Assembly: GCA_964016885.1 (NCBI GenBank)
Contig: OZ024741.1
Span: 138,508,001-138,572,000 of the forward strand
Reading direction: 5' to 3'
Source: Eledone cirrhosa
Taxonomy: Eukaryota
Length of the DNA stretch: 64,000 bases
Shown piece after piece: positions 13,325 to 25,775 of this stretch (position 1 is the stretch's first letter; each line of letters starts with the position of its first letter). Under the pieces are notes generated by a model that was given only the letters and a program-made list of their open reading frames with translations, was not told the origin of the DNA and did no database searches. Both the position numbers and the translations under genes were made by a program.

Positions 13325-13821
13325 ACCCACAAGGAGACTGAGTAGATGACTATACATTTTATAATGAATGCGCAAAAATGCTTATCGATATTTTGAAATA
13401 TGTTTCTTTAACAAATCTGTTTCAATGATAAAATTAAATAACAAAAATAAAGAGCATTTGGATATGAACCAATGTTATCAAGTATTTGGCGTTAAAGAAC
13501 GACTGGGGAATATCCAAAGTGGCAACTATTTATCACTGTCAATATGGTTGATTACTTTTTCTAATGTATGCTTCTATGCTTCTACTTCAGCGCCATTTTC
13601 AATATACTTTTAAAAAAGAAATCATCACAAATCTGTTGATTTATTTTAAAGCCATGAGTAAAAATACTCCCGATTTTAATAGTTCAAACGTTAGCCATAT
13701 ATAGGTCATCCACCACTATATAATTGATGAATTTAAGCACACACAATCTCACACTCAAACTCACACACACACACACATACACACATACACACATACACAC
13801 ACACACGCGCGCACACACACG

Positions 13822-13872
<51 letters not shown>

Positions 13873-13982
13873 ATGTGTGTGCGCACATGTATACAATAAA
13901 CGCAAATACATCCACACACACATGTACCACACTCACATGCACCACACATACATACACACATACCCACGCACACATACACGAG

Positions 13983-14019
<37 letters not shown>

Positions 14020-14024
14020 ATATA

Positions 14025-14390
14025 CAATGTAAATGACAATCAAAGAGAGTTTAAAACATTTAATTACTTACGATCGTTTCATCCTAGCACAAGGCGAAAT
14101 TTATCGGAGTAGATAACAAAGGTCAACATTAGGGGGATACATAATATGGGAGGCTAGATAAGCATAAGTATCGACATTTATATAAGATAGCAGAGGCGGA
14201 AGAAGCAGATGAATCCAGCTTTGTGCTAGGATAACATTATTGTTAGTGATTAAATTTATTAAACGCTCTATGATTGTTATTTACACTGTATTTCGGCTCT
14301 GTAGTATACTTGTTATTTTACATTGAGCTATTTTCATACTTGTATCTTGGTAACATTTATTATTGCTCACATAAGAAAAAACAAAAATCT
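14025..14390. mobile_element. Diverged fold-back pLTR-derived element with degenerate HHR
   Basis: 14025-14095 is inverted at 14220-14290. Minus strand UACU-CCGAUAA...GAAAC-GAUC-GUA-AGUA; carries the GGCTCTGT...TACATTGAGC motif. Confidence 0.55.
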
Positions 14391-14459
14391 CTCTCTATAT
14401 ATATAGATATATATATATAGCTGCAATTATATATATATATATATATATATAGCTGCAAT

Positions 14460-14494
<35 letters not shown>

Positions 14495-14592
14495 GTATAT
14501 ATATATATATATATGAAGTTAATAGATAGATAGACAGGTATTTAGACGGACAGACAGATAGATAGATAGATAGATAAATATGTAGATAGATA

Positions 14593-17500
14593 AGTTTCTT
14601 TTATTTGCCACTAGGGCATCAAAAGTGGGACAAGTACAAAGGGGGGAGTTTACACAAAAAGGCGTCCTCAATAAGGAGGAGGCAATAACAAAATATAAAA
14701 ATAAAATAAGATATCACAAAAAATAAAATTTTTAACAAAATTCTCAATAGAGAGGAGGCGCCTTGGGGGGTCGCACACACCCCCGAAAAAAGTGTGCAAC
14801 CCTTCTCCTCAGGAGCACAGAGAAGGGGTGCTCCCTTGGTCTTTCATCTTCCTCACCTATAGTCTGATGTAGAGTGAAGGCCCATTCACACGGGCCATTC
14901 TCGCCACTTTCACCCATCTTTCATAGAAACGGCTGGGGTGCAGCACCTCTCTCTCCATCCTGATCCTTCTTCCGAAATGATATCGGAAGAAACGGACCAG
15001 TTGTTGGCCAGAGAGAAAGGTGCCTGACCTCAGTCCTTTCAGACGCGTCCACCATACAACCTCTTTCGCCATGGCTATTACGCACAGAAACACCGCCTCT
15101 GCTTCATCTTTGAAGGGGGGAGGCGGCTTGATCATTACAATAGACTCGGTGGTCAACCGGATCGGTCCCACCCTTGACAGCAGTTGTTCGACATAGCCCC
15201 ACAGATCGGCTGCGCCCGAGCAGTGTACCAATGCGTGTGCAACGGTTTCCTCGTCGCACACGCATCTGGGAGAGATCTTTTTGGCGGGGTCCCTACCCGG
15301 GCGCCCGTGTCTGTAGAGCCTTTCTCGAACGGGTAAAGCCCCTCGGTAGCACTGCCAGGCCAGGGACTTCTGGAAGTTGTCCATAGGTCCCGGGCTGAAT
15401 GTCCTACCGAACAGGCTGGCCAGTTCGTCCTCCTCCATGTCTAGGGCTTCTCCGAGGGCGTCGTCGCACCTGCTGCGTACCAGCCCTCTATAGAATGTTG
15501 CGGTGGAGTCTCCACTGATAACCGGATCCGCCTGCCAGAGGGCGGTGAGCGCCTGGGCACACTCAGTGTGCCAGGCGCCCAGTTTTCTCGGTCTTTGCTT
15601 GACCCAGGATTGCAGCTCGGTGAGTGAGACGAGTCTGGGAAAGGTTCGTCTCACAAACGAGGCCCACACCGGTTGTCCGGTGAGGAATACGTAGAGGTGC
15701 CGTAGCCTTAATGCGTGTTTACGCATCATTAGCCACGGCATCCCCAGCCCTCCTTTCGAAGGGTGTTGACAGCAGATGGATCTCCTCACCATAGGAGCCC
15801 GCCTCTTCCAAAGGAATTGGAAGAGCGCGCGCTCCATCTTGGTGAGGGTTTCCCTTGGGCAGGGCACTACGGTCAGGCGGTAGTAGATGACGGACGCTAT
15901 GTAGGTGTTCGCCACCTCCGCCCGACCTTTCAGGGATAGTTTGCAACTGGCCCACTTCTGGGTCAGTGCAAACACCCTGTTCGTAACCTCCGCCCAGTTT
16001 TTCTCCACCTGGAGGTCCGGTCCGAACCAGACCCCGAGCAACTTCACCGGGCCCTCCGTCCAGCGTCCGACGACGCCATCGGAGGGCATCGGTCTGCCCC
16101 TCCACGTGCCGAGTTGCAAACCGATCGACTTGTCCCGGTTCAGCTTAGCCCCTGTGAACTTTTCGTACTCCTCCAGTAAGGTGCCGACCGCCTCGATTTC
16201 GGAGGCCGTCGACACCATTACTGTCACGTCATCGGCGTAGGCCGACACCGCTTTCCGCAATCCCGGTTCCAAAGGGATGCCCTGCAACAACTCCAACTTC
16301 CGCAGTAGTGGCTCGAGAGTCAACACATACAGAAGGGAGGAGAGAGGGCACCCTTGTCGGATGGACCGCGCGATTTTGAACGGCTCCGAGAGGTAGCCGT
16401 TCACCTTGACCCTAGAGCAGATGCGGCTGCTGTGCATAGCAGTGATCCAGCCCCTGAAAACGGGTCCGAAGCCTGCCGCCGCTAGCACCGCATCCAGGTA
16501 ACCATGGTCGACCCTATCGAACGCCTTAGATTGATCCAAGTTGATCAGAGCCCCACCAAAGCCGGGTTCGTTCCCAACCCTCTCTATGATGTATCGCATG
16601 AGGTGGAGGTTGTCATGGATGGACCTAGACGGGATAGCGCATGTCTGCGCATCTCCCACCAGGTTGCCCACGACAAGCGCCAACCTCTTTGCTAGCACCT
16701 TGGCCAAAATCTGTAACTCTGTATTTAGCAGAGTTATGGGCCTGAAGTTACTTATTTCGTCCCCCTTGTTCTCGTCCTTCCTCACTAGCGTGACTACGCC
16801 CTTGGTCACAGTACAGGGAATTCTCCCGTTCTGTTGCCAGTTGCAGTAGACCGCCTCGAGGAGATCGGGGAACAAGTCCGGCATAGCTAGATATAATTCG
16901 TAAGGAAGACCATCGAGACCCGGGGATTTGCGTTTGCCGCATTGGCTCAGCACGTCCTCTATCTCAGCGGCCGAAATCGGTTCCTCGCAGGACTTCGCCT
17001 CCCTGTCCGAGAGGCGCGGCAGGCCGTCGAGGTATGGACCGAAGTCCACGTTCCCAACCGGCTCCCCGCCCCTCCCGAACAGTCGGGCAAAGTGCCTTTG
17101 AAAGGCCTCACACATCTGCTTAGGCTCAAGAATCGCCCGTCCATCCAGGTCTCGCAAAGACCGGATGGTGGATTTAGTTCCACTGTTGGCCTCTGTCACG
17201 CGGGCCCAGCTAACAGCTTTGGTCCCCTCGTTCCCTAGAGCACGTATTTTACTTCGGACAACGCAGCCTTCGTGCTTCGCGTCGAAAAACTGGCTCAAAG
17301 CCGTTCTCGACGCTAGCACTCTGGCCACGTCGCCGCTTCTAATTGCCTCTTCTACTCTATCTATTAGCTCCCTTTCCTTCCTATTCCTATCCGCAGCTAG
17401 AACCTTACTAAATTCTATCGAGACTACTCTAATCTCTCTCTTTAGAGATACCCACCACCTGCTGTTGACGATCGCTCCAGTCAACCGTTCCTTAACTAAC

Positions 17501-18273
17501 GTACTAATCCGATTCCTGTAGGCTCTACTTGCCGGCAAGGACAAGTTGAGCTTCCAGTAACCGGGGCCCTGTCTATGAGTTCTGTCAAGGTTGACCATGC
17601 AGGTCACTAATTTGTGGTCTGAATAGCCAACCATGCGCATTTTTGGACAACTTAAAAAGTCCTTATCCTTAATTCTAACTAAGAACCTATCTAGGTACGA
17701 CCTAGATGATCCGCTACGATTTGCCCAAGTCCAGGTTGGCGCAGTCGGAAAATTTAGTCGATATCTATCGGCCAGGTCAAATCGACCGATTAACCCTTTG
17801 AGGCTATTACACCCCTCTCTATCGGGGCAGGCCCCTACGTAGTCCCAGCGTGCATCTAGGATACCATTCCAGTCCCCCACTAATAGCAAGGAGCGGGACG
17901 TCCCTAGAAAGGTCTCCAGACGATGGAAGAAGTCCGGCCGCATTGACCCGAAAGGGCCGTAGGCGGCTACCAACCTAAACGCTCCGCCTTTACCACTGCC
18001 AAGGTCCAGAACCACTAGTCGACCCTCCGGGTCCAAATGTACCATCTGTGTTGCGAGACCCAGATGTTTTTGCAGCAGAACGACAACTCCACCCCCACCT
18101 CCGGGCTGACAGAGAGATGCGTGCATCTCAAAGTCATCAAAGGTGGGGGCCAGCTGTCGCACGTTGCTGATCCGGGCCTCGCAAATAACCATCACATCTA
18201 TACGTTGTGACCTGAGGTCATTTAGAAGCATTGCTTGCTTCCAAGTTGAGCCCAGGCCACGGGCATTTAAACG
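14593..18273 (-). mobile_element. L1-clade (Tx1-like) non-LTR retrotransposon, 5'-truncated at the start of ORF2, in a (GATA)n tract
   Basis: GC-rich island; 22-bp TSD TAGATAAATATGTAGATAGATA at 14571-14592 and 18274-18295; ~260-bp 3' UTR ending AAATAAAAGAAACT. Confidence 0.93.
14857..18273 (-). CDS. LINE ORF2: AP-endonuclease + reverse transcriptase + C-terminal Zn-knuckle (uninterrupted, lacking the first few residues)
   Basis: LNARGL, ICE, GDWN, YLDRF, SDH (EN); GYWKLN; KSPGLDG, FRPITLLN, LDQSKAFDRV, RQGCPLS, AYADD, LLGV (RT); PRC..ETVAHALVHC. Confidence 0.93.
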   Translation of the reverse strand, partial: RLNARGLGSTWKQAMLLNDLRSQRIDVMVICEARISNVRQLAPTFDDFEMHASLCQPGGGGGVVVLLQKHLGLATQMVHLDPEGRLVVLDLGSGKGGAFRLVAAYGPFGSMRPDFFHRLETFLGTSRSLLLVGDWNGILDARWDYVGACPDREGCNSLKGLIGRFDLADRYRLNFPTAPTWTWANRSGSSRSYLDRFLVRIKDKDFLSCPKMRMVGYSDHKLVTCMVNLDRTHRQGPGYWKLNLSLPASRAYRNRISTLVKERLTGAIVNSRWWVSLKREIRVVSIEFSKVLAADRNRKERELIDRVEEAIRSGDVARVLASRTALSQFFDAKHEGCVVRSKIRALGNEGTKAVSWARVTEANSGTKSTIRSLRDLDGRAILEPKQMCEAFQRHFARLFGRGGEPVGNVDFGPYLDGLPRLSDREAKSCEEPISAAEIEDVLSQCGKRKSPGLDGLPYELYLAMPDLFPDLLEAVYCNWQQNGRIPCTVTKGVVTLVRKDENKGDEISNFRPITLLNTELQILAKVLAKRLALVVGNLVGDAQTCAIPSRSIHDNLHLMRYIIERVGNEPGFGGALINLDQSKAFDRVDHGYLDAVLAAAGFGPVFRGWITAMHSSRICSRVKVNGYLSEPFKIARSIRQGCPLSSLLYVLTLEPLLRKLELLQGIPLEPGLRKAVSAYADDVTVMVSTASEIEAVGTLLEEYEKFTGAKLNRDKSIGLQLGTWRGRPMPSDGVVGRWTEGPVKLLGVWFGPDLQVEKNWAEVTNRVFALTQKWASCKLSLKGRAEVANTYIASVIYYRLTVVPCPRETLTKMERALFQFLWKRRAPMVRRSICCQHPSKGGLGMPWLMMRKHALRLRHLYVFLTGQPVWASFVRRTFPRLVSLTELQSWVKQRPRKLGAWHTECAQALTALWQADPVISGDSTATFYRGLVRSRCDDALGEALDMEEDELASLFGRTFSPGPMDNFQKSLAWQCYRGALPVRERLYRHGRPGRDPAKKISPRCVCDEETVAHALVHCSGAADLWGYVEQLLSRVGPIRLTTESIVMIKPPPPFKDEAEAVFLCVIAMAKEVVWWTRLKGLRSGTFLSGQQLVRFFRYHFGRRIRMEREVLHPSRFYERWVKVARMARVNGPSLYIRL

Positions 18274-18285
18274 TAGATAAATATG

Positions 18286-18342
<57 letters not shown>

Positions 18343-19621
18343 CGATCGATCGATAGATGGATGGATGGATGGATTTATAGATAGAGAGATAGATAGATAG
18401 ATAATTTTATTTACCACGATGCGACTACATGAAAAACACGTAAGATGTATGTTAACCTAAGATTACTCAACACCAACTAACATTTTCCAAAATTAAATTC
18501 TATAGGAACAAACACCAATTTGAAAACAAATCCTTGAACGATATAAAAACATTTGAATCTCTCAGAATTTTTTTTTCTTGGATAAGTCTAAGGACATATA
18601 TGAAATACAATTAACCTATCGTAAATGACATTTCAAATACTTCCAAGAAATCTAGAATTGTTTGCTCTAATAATATAAATGTTAACGAAAGGGCATTCAA
18701 AGTTAAAAGTTGACACAAGAGATGATTGCCTAACTAAATATGGTGATTTTTTTTTATTATACTGAAGGAACACAAACCGGACGTTCACATCCTAACCAGT
18801 TATAAATTACTACACCATACTAATACTAAACGAGGATTACCCAGTAAATGAAATGTAAGAGATATTAATACATGCATCAGAGATTACACAAATCTCTTCA
18901 TATGGTACAACACATCATTTGTCTTGTATTGGCTCAGAGATATTTCTATGCAAAAGAAAAGTATGGCTAACCTACTATTAACGATTTAGATTGTGCTCGT
19001 AGTTCTTATTACCCTTGCTTTTCAATATAGGGTCCCACACACATATATATATATATATACATATACGGTAAAGAGAGGCGAACACGGATATATAACTATA
19101 TGTGTTTAAATCACAAGGAACAGAAACCGCCAGGGTGAAGAAAATACTGACGAAAACAGTATGGTTCACAGAACTCAATCAAAAGGATACACTGAGATAT
19201 TGCAATCTAACATGGCAACTATCATGTATCCGGACAGCTTAAGGGTAGAACCGTTTTGCAACATTCAGCGAAGATAATTACGGTTGTGATGCTTTTCAAC
19301 GGATATACACGACGAATTCTCATGCAATCTTGTTACAACACATATTGTTCTATTTATTGACGAAGTTTTCACTATTAGGGTGTCTTAATATTATTGAAAT
19401 TTGCTGAAATTTTGTGAATAGGCATTATATCTTGTCAATTTCATATAAATCGAAGGGAAAAGATTTTCAGCGATGGTTTGTGCCCCCGGGGAACCCTTTG
19501 ATTGAAATGAAATATAATTATCCAAGTACCCTGGGCAATGTAGTTTCAGAATATATATGGTTATGGGGGGTCTATCTCCAACACCATAGGAGTAATTCGT
19601 TAACAAACAGACAGGAACTAC

Positions 19622-19683
<62 letters not shown>

Positions 19684-19924
19684 TTGTGTGTGTGTCTGTG
19701 TGTGTATCTGAATGTGTGTATGAGCGCGTGTCCAGCGTTGCATTACATTGTGTGTCATTTTATTTAATAAATTATGTTTTCCCTTGCGGGGAATTCGACA
19801 GTTACTTTTAGAAAATGGAGCAGTAGCGCAGAAGACCATTTTACCTTAAACACTTCTTATAATAAAATGATATTAGACCAAGATTCACAAAATGCCGTCA
19901 TACTTGGCGACATTATTGCTCAGA

Positions 19925-20120
19925 TTAAGGGCGGTGAATGGCAGCGTCGGTAGATGGTCGAATGCCATTGTTTGACTCATAGAGTTACGACCCTTGCCAT
20001 TCTGAGTTCAAATCCCGCCGATGTCCAATTTGCCTTTCATCCATACGGGGTCGATAAAATAAAGTACCAGTAATGTAATGGATATTTGCTGGCCTTGTGC
20101 CAAAAGTAGAAACAATTATT
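19925..20120 (+). mobile_element. tRNA-derived SINE (Meta-domain-like core)
   Basis: A box TGGCAGCGTCGG, B box GAGTTCAAATCC, core GCCTTTCATCCATACGGGGTCGATAAAATAAAGTACCAG, tail GGCCTTGTGCCAAAAGTAGAAACAATTATT; several more copies in the window. Confidence 0.85.
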
Positions 20121-20571
20121 GCTCAGTTTCATTCCACAATAATATCATTTCTAAAATCACAACAATCATAAAAAATACCTACAGTTAAATAGTCCCAGTA
20201 TACAGCCATAACTCATAATAGATTCTTTGTGATATCAGCGTTATATAGGGCATCTCTGAGGCATTTAACTCTGGTTAGCACAATACAGCCGATATCTTCC
20301 AAGTTCAAGGGAACGAAAGGCGAGAAGAACTGTATAGAGGAAAATCCACCACAATATTGTCCTCGTCATATAGCAGACTAATCCATCTGCCATCAATATA
20401 TTGCTTATCTGAGAATATATAACATCTTCCATTTTTATTTATCTAAAGCTGTACATTCTCCGTGAACTCCTGTTTTTCCCAACCCTGAGTTTCAACAGAC
20501 ATTCTCCAAATGTCCGAATGGACACCCCACTACATTTCGTAAAATAGAGACCACACTTTTGCTTTCAGTAC

Positions 20572-20654
<83 letters not shown>

Positions 20655-20659
20655 CACAC

Positions 20660-20693
<34 letters not shown>

Positions 20694-21531
20694 GTATGTA
20701 TCGGTGCCTCTTTAATTAATCACAAAGAAAAGAAAATGAACAAAATTTGTCAGAACTATGATAACTCCCCACAATTACCACTAAACATCAATAGATAACT
20801 CTGCAAAACATCAATACGTGTTGATATTTTGATTGGTAGAGGGTGTCTAACTTTTTATGTATGTGGTTTGAATTTAGATTTGTTTTGATGTATTACGTTT
20901 TGTATTTCGTTTTATATTTACGTTTTTTCCCAGAACATTTCATCAACTTCCTATAATTACATTTCTTTGAAGTTTTTACATTGTTAGCCATCAACAATGT
21001 CCATAATGTGTTTTAAAGTACTGACATTCGTTACTATTTTTCAGGTTTCACTATAATGTAAATATATATATATATATATATGATATATTCTCAAATTTGA
21101 AAGATTTGAACATACCCTTTCAATGTTACTTTAAACAGATTATTTATAGATCAAGTCAGTGGATGGCCGACGTAGTTAGTATGTCGGAGAGAAAGATTGG
21201 AGTTATAGGTAGGGTTCATTGGGCTCTGTATTCAATTCAGGCCAGGTCTAACTTTATGATTCAAAATTTGGTGTTTGATAAAGGATCTACTTGTGGGGCA
21301 ATGGTGTTTATTCATTTTCTGTCGTTATGTATCGTGATATAACTTTCTCGGGAAAACACATATTTTACACATATTTAGGGACTGTCCCACACGACGAACT
21401 AAACTATAAATGTGCGTGATTAGGAAAATTAGATTTTCGTGGAGAAAGATCATCATAATATGACATTGTATGTTTATATTACAAAAGCATATCACATATA
21501 TCTTTATACACACCTCCATGTTACTGCTACT

Positions 21532-21568
<37 letters not shown>

Positions 21569-21604
21569 ATGTGTGTGTGCGTGTGTATGTGTTTGTGTGT
21601 GGGT

Positions 21605-21641
<37 letters not shown>

Positions 21642-21904
21642 AGAAGTGTAGTATTAGGTACGTAAAAATCCAAGATACAGAGTCCGCAGGGTCAGTTTGA
21701 ATAACATTATTAAGACCAGTTCTTACGACGGAGACATTACAGGTACGTACGTTTCGTTGGTTCTGGAGATCAACTTGTTCAGCAGGTGCCGATTTAAATG
21801 ACCCGGAAAATGTTTACTGAAAGTGGCGAAAAAGAGGTAAATGAAGAGAGGAGCGTTAAGCATTGGGGAGAAAATCCGGATTGTCTAGGGAAGGCAATAT
21901 ATAT

Positions 21905-22060
21905 ACAGATTAAGTTTTAGCAAAGAATCGCTGCTTTCACCCTTAACGGGATCTTCTGTTATTTTAATAAATATTTGCTCTACGGTTCTTATATATTTAA
22001 TATATATTTATCCTTATCGAGCCCTCTTTGGATTTTAGTCTTCAAATTTATTACTATTAC
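21905..22060. mobile_element. Internally deleted copy of the 7633-7882 palindromic element
   Basis: Shares ctttcacccttaacgggatcttc and tccttatcgagccctc..ggattttagtcttca. Confidence 0.75.
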
Positions 22061-22192
22061 TATATATATATATATATATATATATAGTTTTGCAAGAGAT
22101 GTCAACATGAATGGACCTGTTATTTTTATCTAAAGACATTCTTTCCAATTACATCCCGCCCGTCCCTTCAATCTATCTTATTTCTCATTCGT

Positions 22193-22228
22193 TCTTCTGA
22201 TGAAGGACTACCCTCCGAAACGTCAAGC
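22193..22228 (+). ncRNA. Minimal type I hammerhead ribozyme
   Basis: CUU-CUGAUGA-A-GGA-CUACCC-UCC-GAAAC-GUC-AAG inside a ~230-bp insert between (TA)n tracts. Confidence 0.8.
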
Positions 22229-22333
22229 CCTATTCCTGCTATATCAAGCGTTAACCTAATAGATCCCTTCCATATACTGTACCGATTGTGTTGTTATTTC
22301 TGTTTACCTTTTACATACATATATATATATATA

Positions 22334-23059
22334 TATAAACTAATATGTATGTGATGAAACACAGATACCAACACATCTGTATATATATATTGCAAAAGAA
22401 AATTTAGCCAGATTGAAGTATACTAATTATTATACTACAGTTTGTCCATATCAATTTAAAATAATAAATCAACAAAGACGAACTGCATTGCCAAGAGGCT
22501 ATGATGTTTAGACACATTTAAATTTCAAAATCAAACCTGTTCCGTAGATAAGTTTAAACTTTAAAATCCAAATATGTTTCGAGTTAAATAAGTGTAGGAA
22601 TATCATGTCCTGCACTCCTCAGTAAACATCCAGGGACAAATTGATATGCTTCACTTCTAAATAATTTAAAAGACTGCGTGACGCACATGGTTTAACAGTA
22701 TCTAGCTAGTCTCATAACCGTACTGCTAGAAATAACAGTCGTATATATGAGGCGGCTTTCAGCTCAGACTAGGAGCAGTTATTAATAAGGTAATGGATTC
22801 TTTTACAATGGAATTAGCTCGAAGGAGGAAAATACCCACTGAGCCGTGTATAAACTAATATGTATGTGATGAAACACAGATACCAACACATCTGTATATA
22901 TATTGCAAAAGAAAATTTAGCCAGATTGAAGTATACTAATTATTATACTACAGTTTGTCCATATCAATTTAAAATAATAAATCAACAAAGACGAACTGCA
23001 TTGCCAAGAGGCTATGATGTTTAGACACATTTAAATTTCAAAATCAAACCTGTTCCGTA
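22334..23059. repeat. Near-identical ~210-bp direct repeat with 515-bp period, flanked by (TA)n
   Basis: 22334-22546 equals 22849-23059 apart from one TA unit. Confidence 0.9.
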
Positions 23060-23074
23060 TATATATATATATGT

Positions 23075-23461
23075 ATAAAAGAAATAGGATTTAGCCTCAA
23101 GCATGGCTTTATACAATATGTATACATATGTATACATATTTCATAAAGCTATGCTTGAAACGAAATCCTATATCTCTTTTATTATAAGTTGAGCCAACTT
23201 ATGCAGCTTCATATCCAAATGAGATTAATCACCTCATTTAAACAGACCAGAAAAGTATATATTCTAGCCTGTCTTCTAGTCCAGCAGTCGCAAGCGGTGG
23301 GAGGGACCGTCCTGACGGAGGCCAGTTAAGCCTGAAATGAATAGACGGATGTCGCTCTTGCTACTAATGGACATCACCAGAGGGCGTTAGCCCACCCTGT
23401 TTGCATAGCTACAGCTTCCTAAAACCGTACTTCTTTGGAGATACGAAATATTTAAATATTT

Positions 23462-23465
<4 letters not shown>
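23075..23465 (+). mobile_element. HHR-bearing non-coding element (family K), with short 5' inversion
   Basis: HHR 23306-23348 (CCGUC-CUGACGG-AGGC..GCCU-GAAA-UGAA-UA-GACGG); homologous to 25335-25775 and 38925-39410. Confidence 0.8.
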
Positions 23466-23526
<61 letters not shown>

Positions 23527-23530
<4 letters not shown>

Positions 23531-23687
23531 GATAAATCTACCAAAATATACGGTAGTGTCCAATCCGTATGAAGAACTATATGATATAAATACCAACACA
23601 CACATATATATCCTAGAAACGATCGTAAAATGATGATTTTTTTAATATAAGGAACTCTTTCTTTGTTTTTATTCATTGTTTTTATTA

Positions 23688-23739
<52 letters not shown>

Positions 23740-23790
23740 TAATAAAAACAATGAATAAAAACAAAGAAACGATTCCTTATATTAAAAAAT
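23527..23790. mobile_element. Deleted/rearranged fragments of the 7000-7605 pLTR family
   Basis: tagataaatctaccaaaa..cggtagtgtccaatccgtatgaagaact joined to acacatatatatcctagaaacgatcgtaaaatgatg. Confidence 0.75.
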
Positions 23791-23903
23791 GATATATATA
23801 TATAAATATGCGTGTGTCTCTGTGTTTGAGTACACAGTGCCAGTGTGTATGTAATATATGCGTATCTCTCCGCTTGTTTATAACATATCCCTCTGTTATC
23901 TCA

Positions 23904-24019
<116 letters not shown>

Positions 24020-24039
24020 ACATATGTATATATTAATTA

Positions 24040-24278
24040 TATAGTCAGGTCTCAAGTCTGGAAGCTCATTAGGTCGCTTATTTTCCTTGGCGTTAGAAAG
24101 GTCTACAGCCCATCTCAGGTTTAAACTGCTAGCCACTGCCGGTACCGATTTGTATCTGAATATAAGACATCGACATGAATGAAGTGCTTTACTTATGAGC
24201 ACAATACACACATCCATTCAAGGATTTGAACTAGCGACTTTATGAGCGCAAGACCAACACCCTAAGCACTAGACCATG
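24040..24278 (-). mobile_element. tRNA-derived SINE (CORE-like)
   Basis: Minus strand TGGTCTAGTGCTTAG (A box), AGTTCAAATCC (B box), then TGTGCTCATAAGTAAAGCACTT (CORE-like). Confidence 0.6.
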
Positions 24279-24297
24279 CCCGTTCTCACACAGACAC

Positions 24298-24375
<78 letters not shown>

Positions 24376-24868
24376 TCGCACAATCATATACGTATATGTG
24401 TGTGTGTGTGTGCGCGCGGATGTTCGTGTGTCTTTCTGTAAGTGAGTGTGTGTGTGTGTGCCTGGGTGTGATTATGAGTGTGTGTGAACCTCTCTGTAAA
24501 TAGGTCAAGTGATATATTTGGTTATATTTAATCTACTGATAAATTATATTATTGAACGGCGTGTTGTTTAACTGAGGAAAAACTTGTAATAATTAATATA
24601 TAACTAGATTACGATTCAAATAATTTGTAAAATTTTGGCTAAAAATAAACAAGACTTGAAATACACTAATAATCATTCAATATTTGCACCAGTGTGTTGG
24701 AAACTTATTAGGAACAAAAATGATGTTTTATTCATAAAGTTAATCAATTTTGGCACCATTTTTAAGACATAACGAATGGAGACATACGGAGACATACGCA
24801 TATATTAAACAAGCGGAGACATACGCATATATATATATATAAATGATCTTCATCTATATCTCTTTACA

Positions 24869-24904
<36 letters not shown>

Positions 24905-25097
24905 CTAGAATATGACCTATATTTTGAGATTTAGGTAAAGTTAAATTAGATATAAAGACTAATAATTGAATGGAGTGTGAAGTTCCAAATACCCACTTCC
25001 CCCTCCTGCTCTCAGAAACTCATATCAGATAATTATTTTAACCATATTTCAATAGTTTCTATAGTTTTATTATATATATATATATACACACACACAC

Positions 25098-25167
<70 letters not shown>

Positions 25168-25280
25168 AAATGTATGACCCCGACGGCAGAGCTCAAGCCG
25201 TTTCAACGGCTATTTCTGGATTAAGTATTGAGTACTCTGGTGCGTATTGGTCCATCTGGTTCCTTACCACAACTCCTTCG

Positions 25281-25334
<54 letters not shown>

Positions 25335-25336
<2 letters not shown>

Positions 25337-25775
25337 AAATATTTCGTATCTCCAAAGAAATACGATTTTAGGAAGCCGTAGCTATGCAAACACCCGGGGC
25401 TAACGCCCTCTGGTGATGTCCAGCAGAAGCAAAGGGGACAACCGTCTATGCATTTCAGGCTTAACTGGCCTTCGTCAGGACGGTAACTCCCACCGCTTGC
25501 GACTGCTGGACTAGAAGACACGTGAGAATATATACTTTTCTCGTCTGTGTAAATGAGGTGATTAATCTCATTTGCATATGAAGCTTGCAGCTTCATATGC
25601 AAACTGGATTAATCACCTCAACTCATAATAAAAAGAAATAGGATTTCGCTTCAAGCATAGCTTTATACAATATGTATAAATATTTCGTATCTCCAAAGTA
25701 ATACGGTTTTAGGAAGCCGTAGCTATGCAAACACCGGGGGGCTAACGCCCTCTGGTGATGTCCAGCAGAAGCAAA
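25335..25775 (-). mobile_element. Family K element, ~1.3 tandem units (period ~341 bp)
   Basis: taaatatttcgtatctccaaag...gtccagcagaagcaaa occurs at 25336 and 25677. Confidence 0.85.
25441..25484 (-). ncRNA. Minimal type I hammerhead ribozyme, intact
   Basis: ACCGUC-CUGACGA-AGGC-CAGUUAA-GCCU-GAAA-UGCA-UA-GACGGU; 6-bp stem I, 4-bp stem II, palindromic AUGCAU stem III. Confidence 0.9.

Noticed and set aside
15174-17842. Short antisense and alternate-frame ORFs within the LINE
   Set aside because: Expected shadows of a GC-rich coding sequence.
18274-18417. N-terminal extension of the 1186-aa LINE ORF
   Set aside because: Lies outside the TSD-bounded element; read-through of (ATCT)n from a GTG.
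21738-21790. HHR-like motif on the minus strand (CUGAACA-AGUUG..CAAC-GAAAC-GUAC-GUA)
   Set aside because: Core G8 is altered and stem I does not pair; counted only as a degenerate relic.
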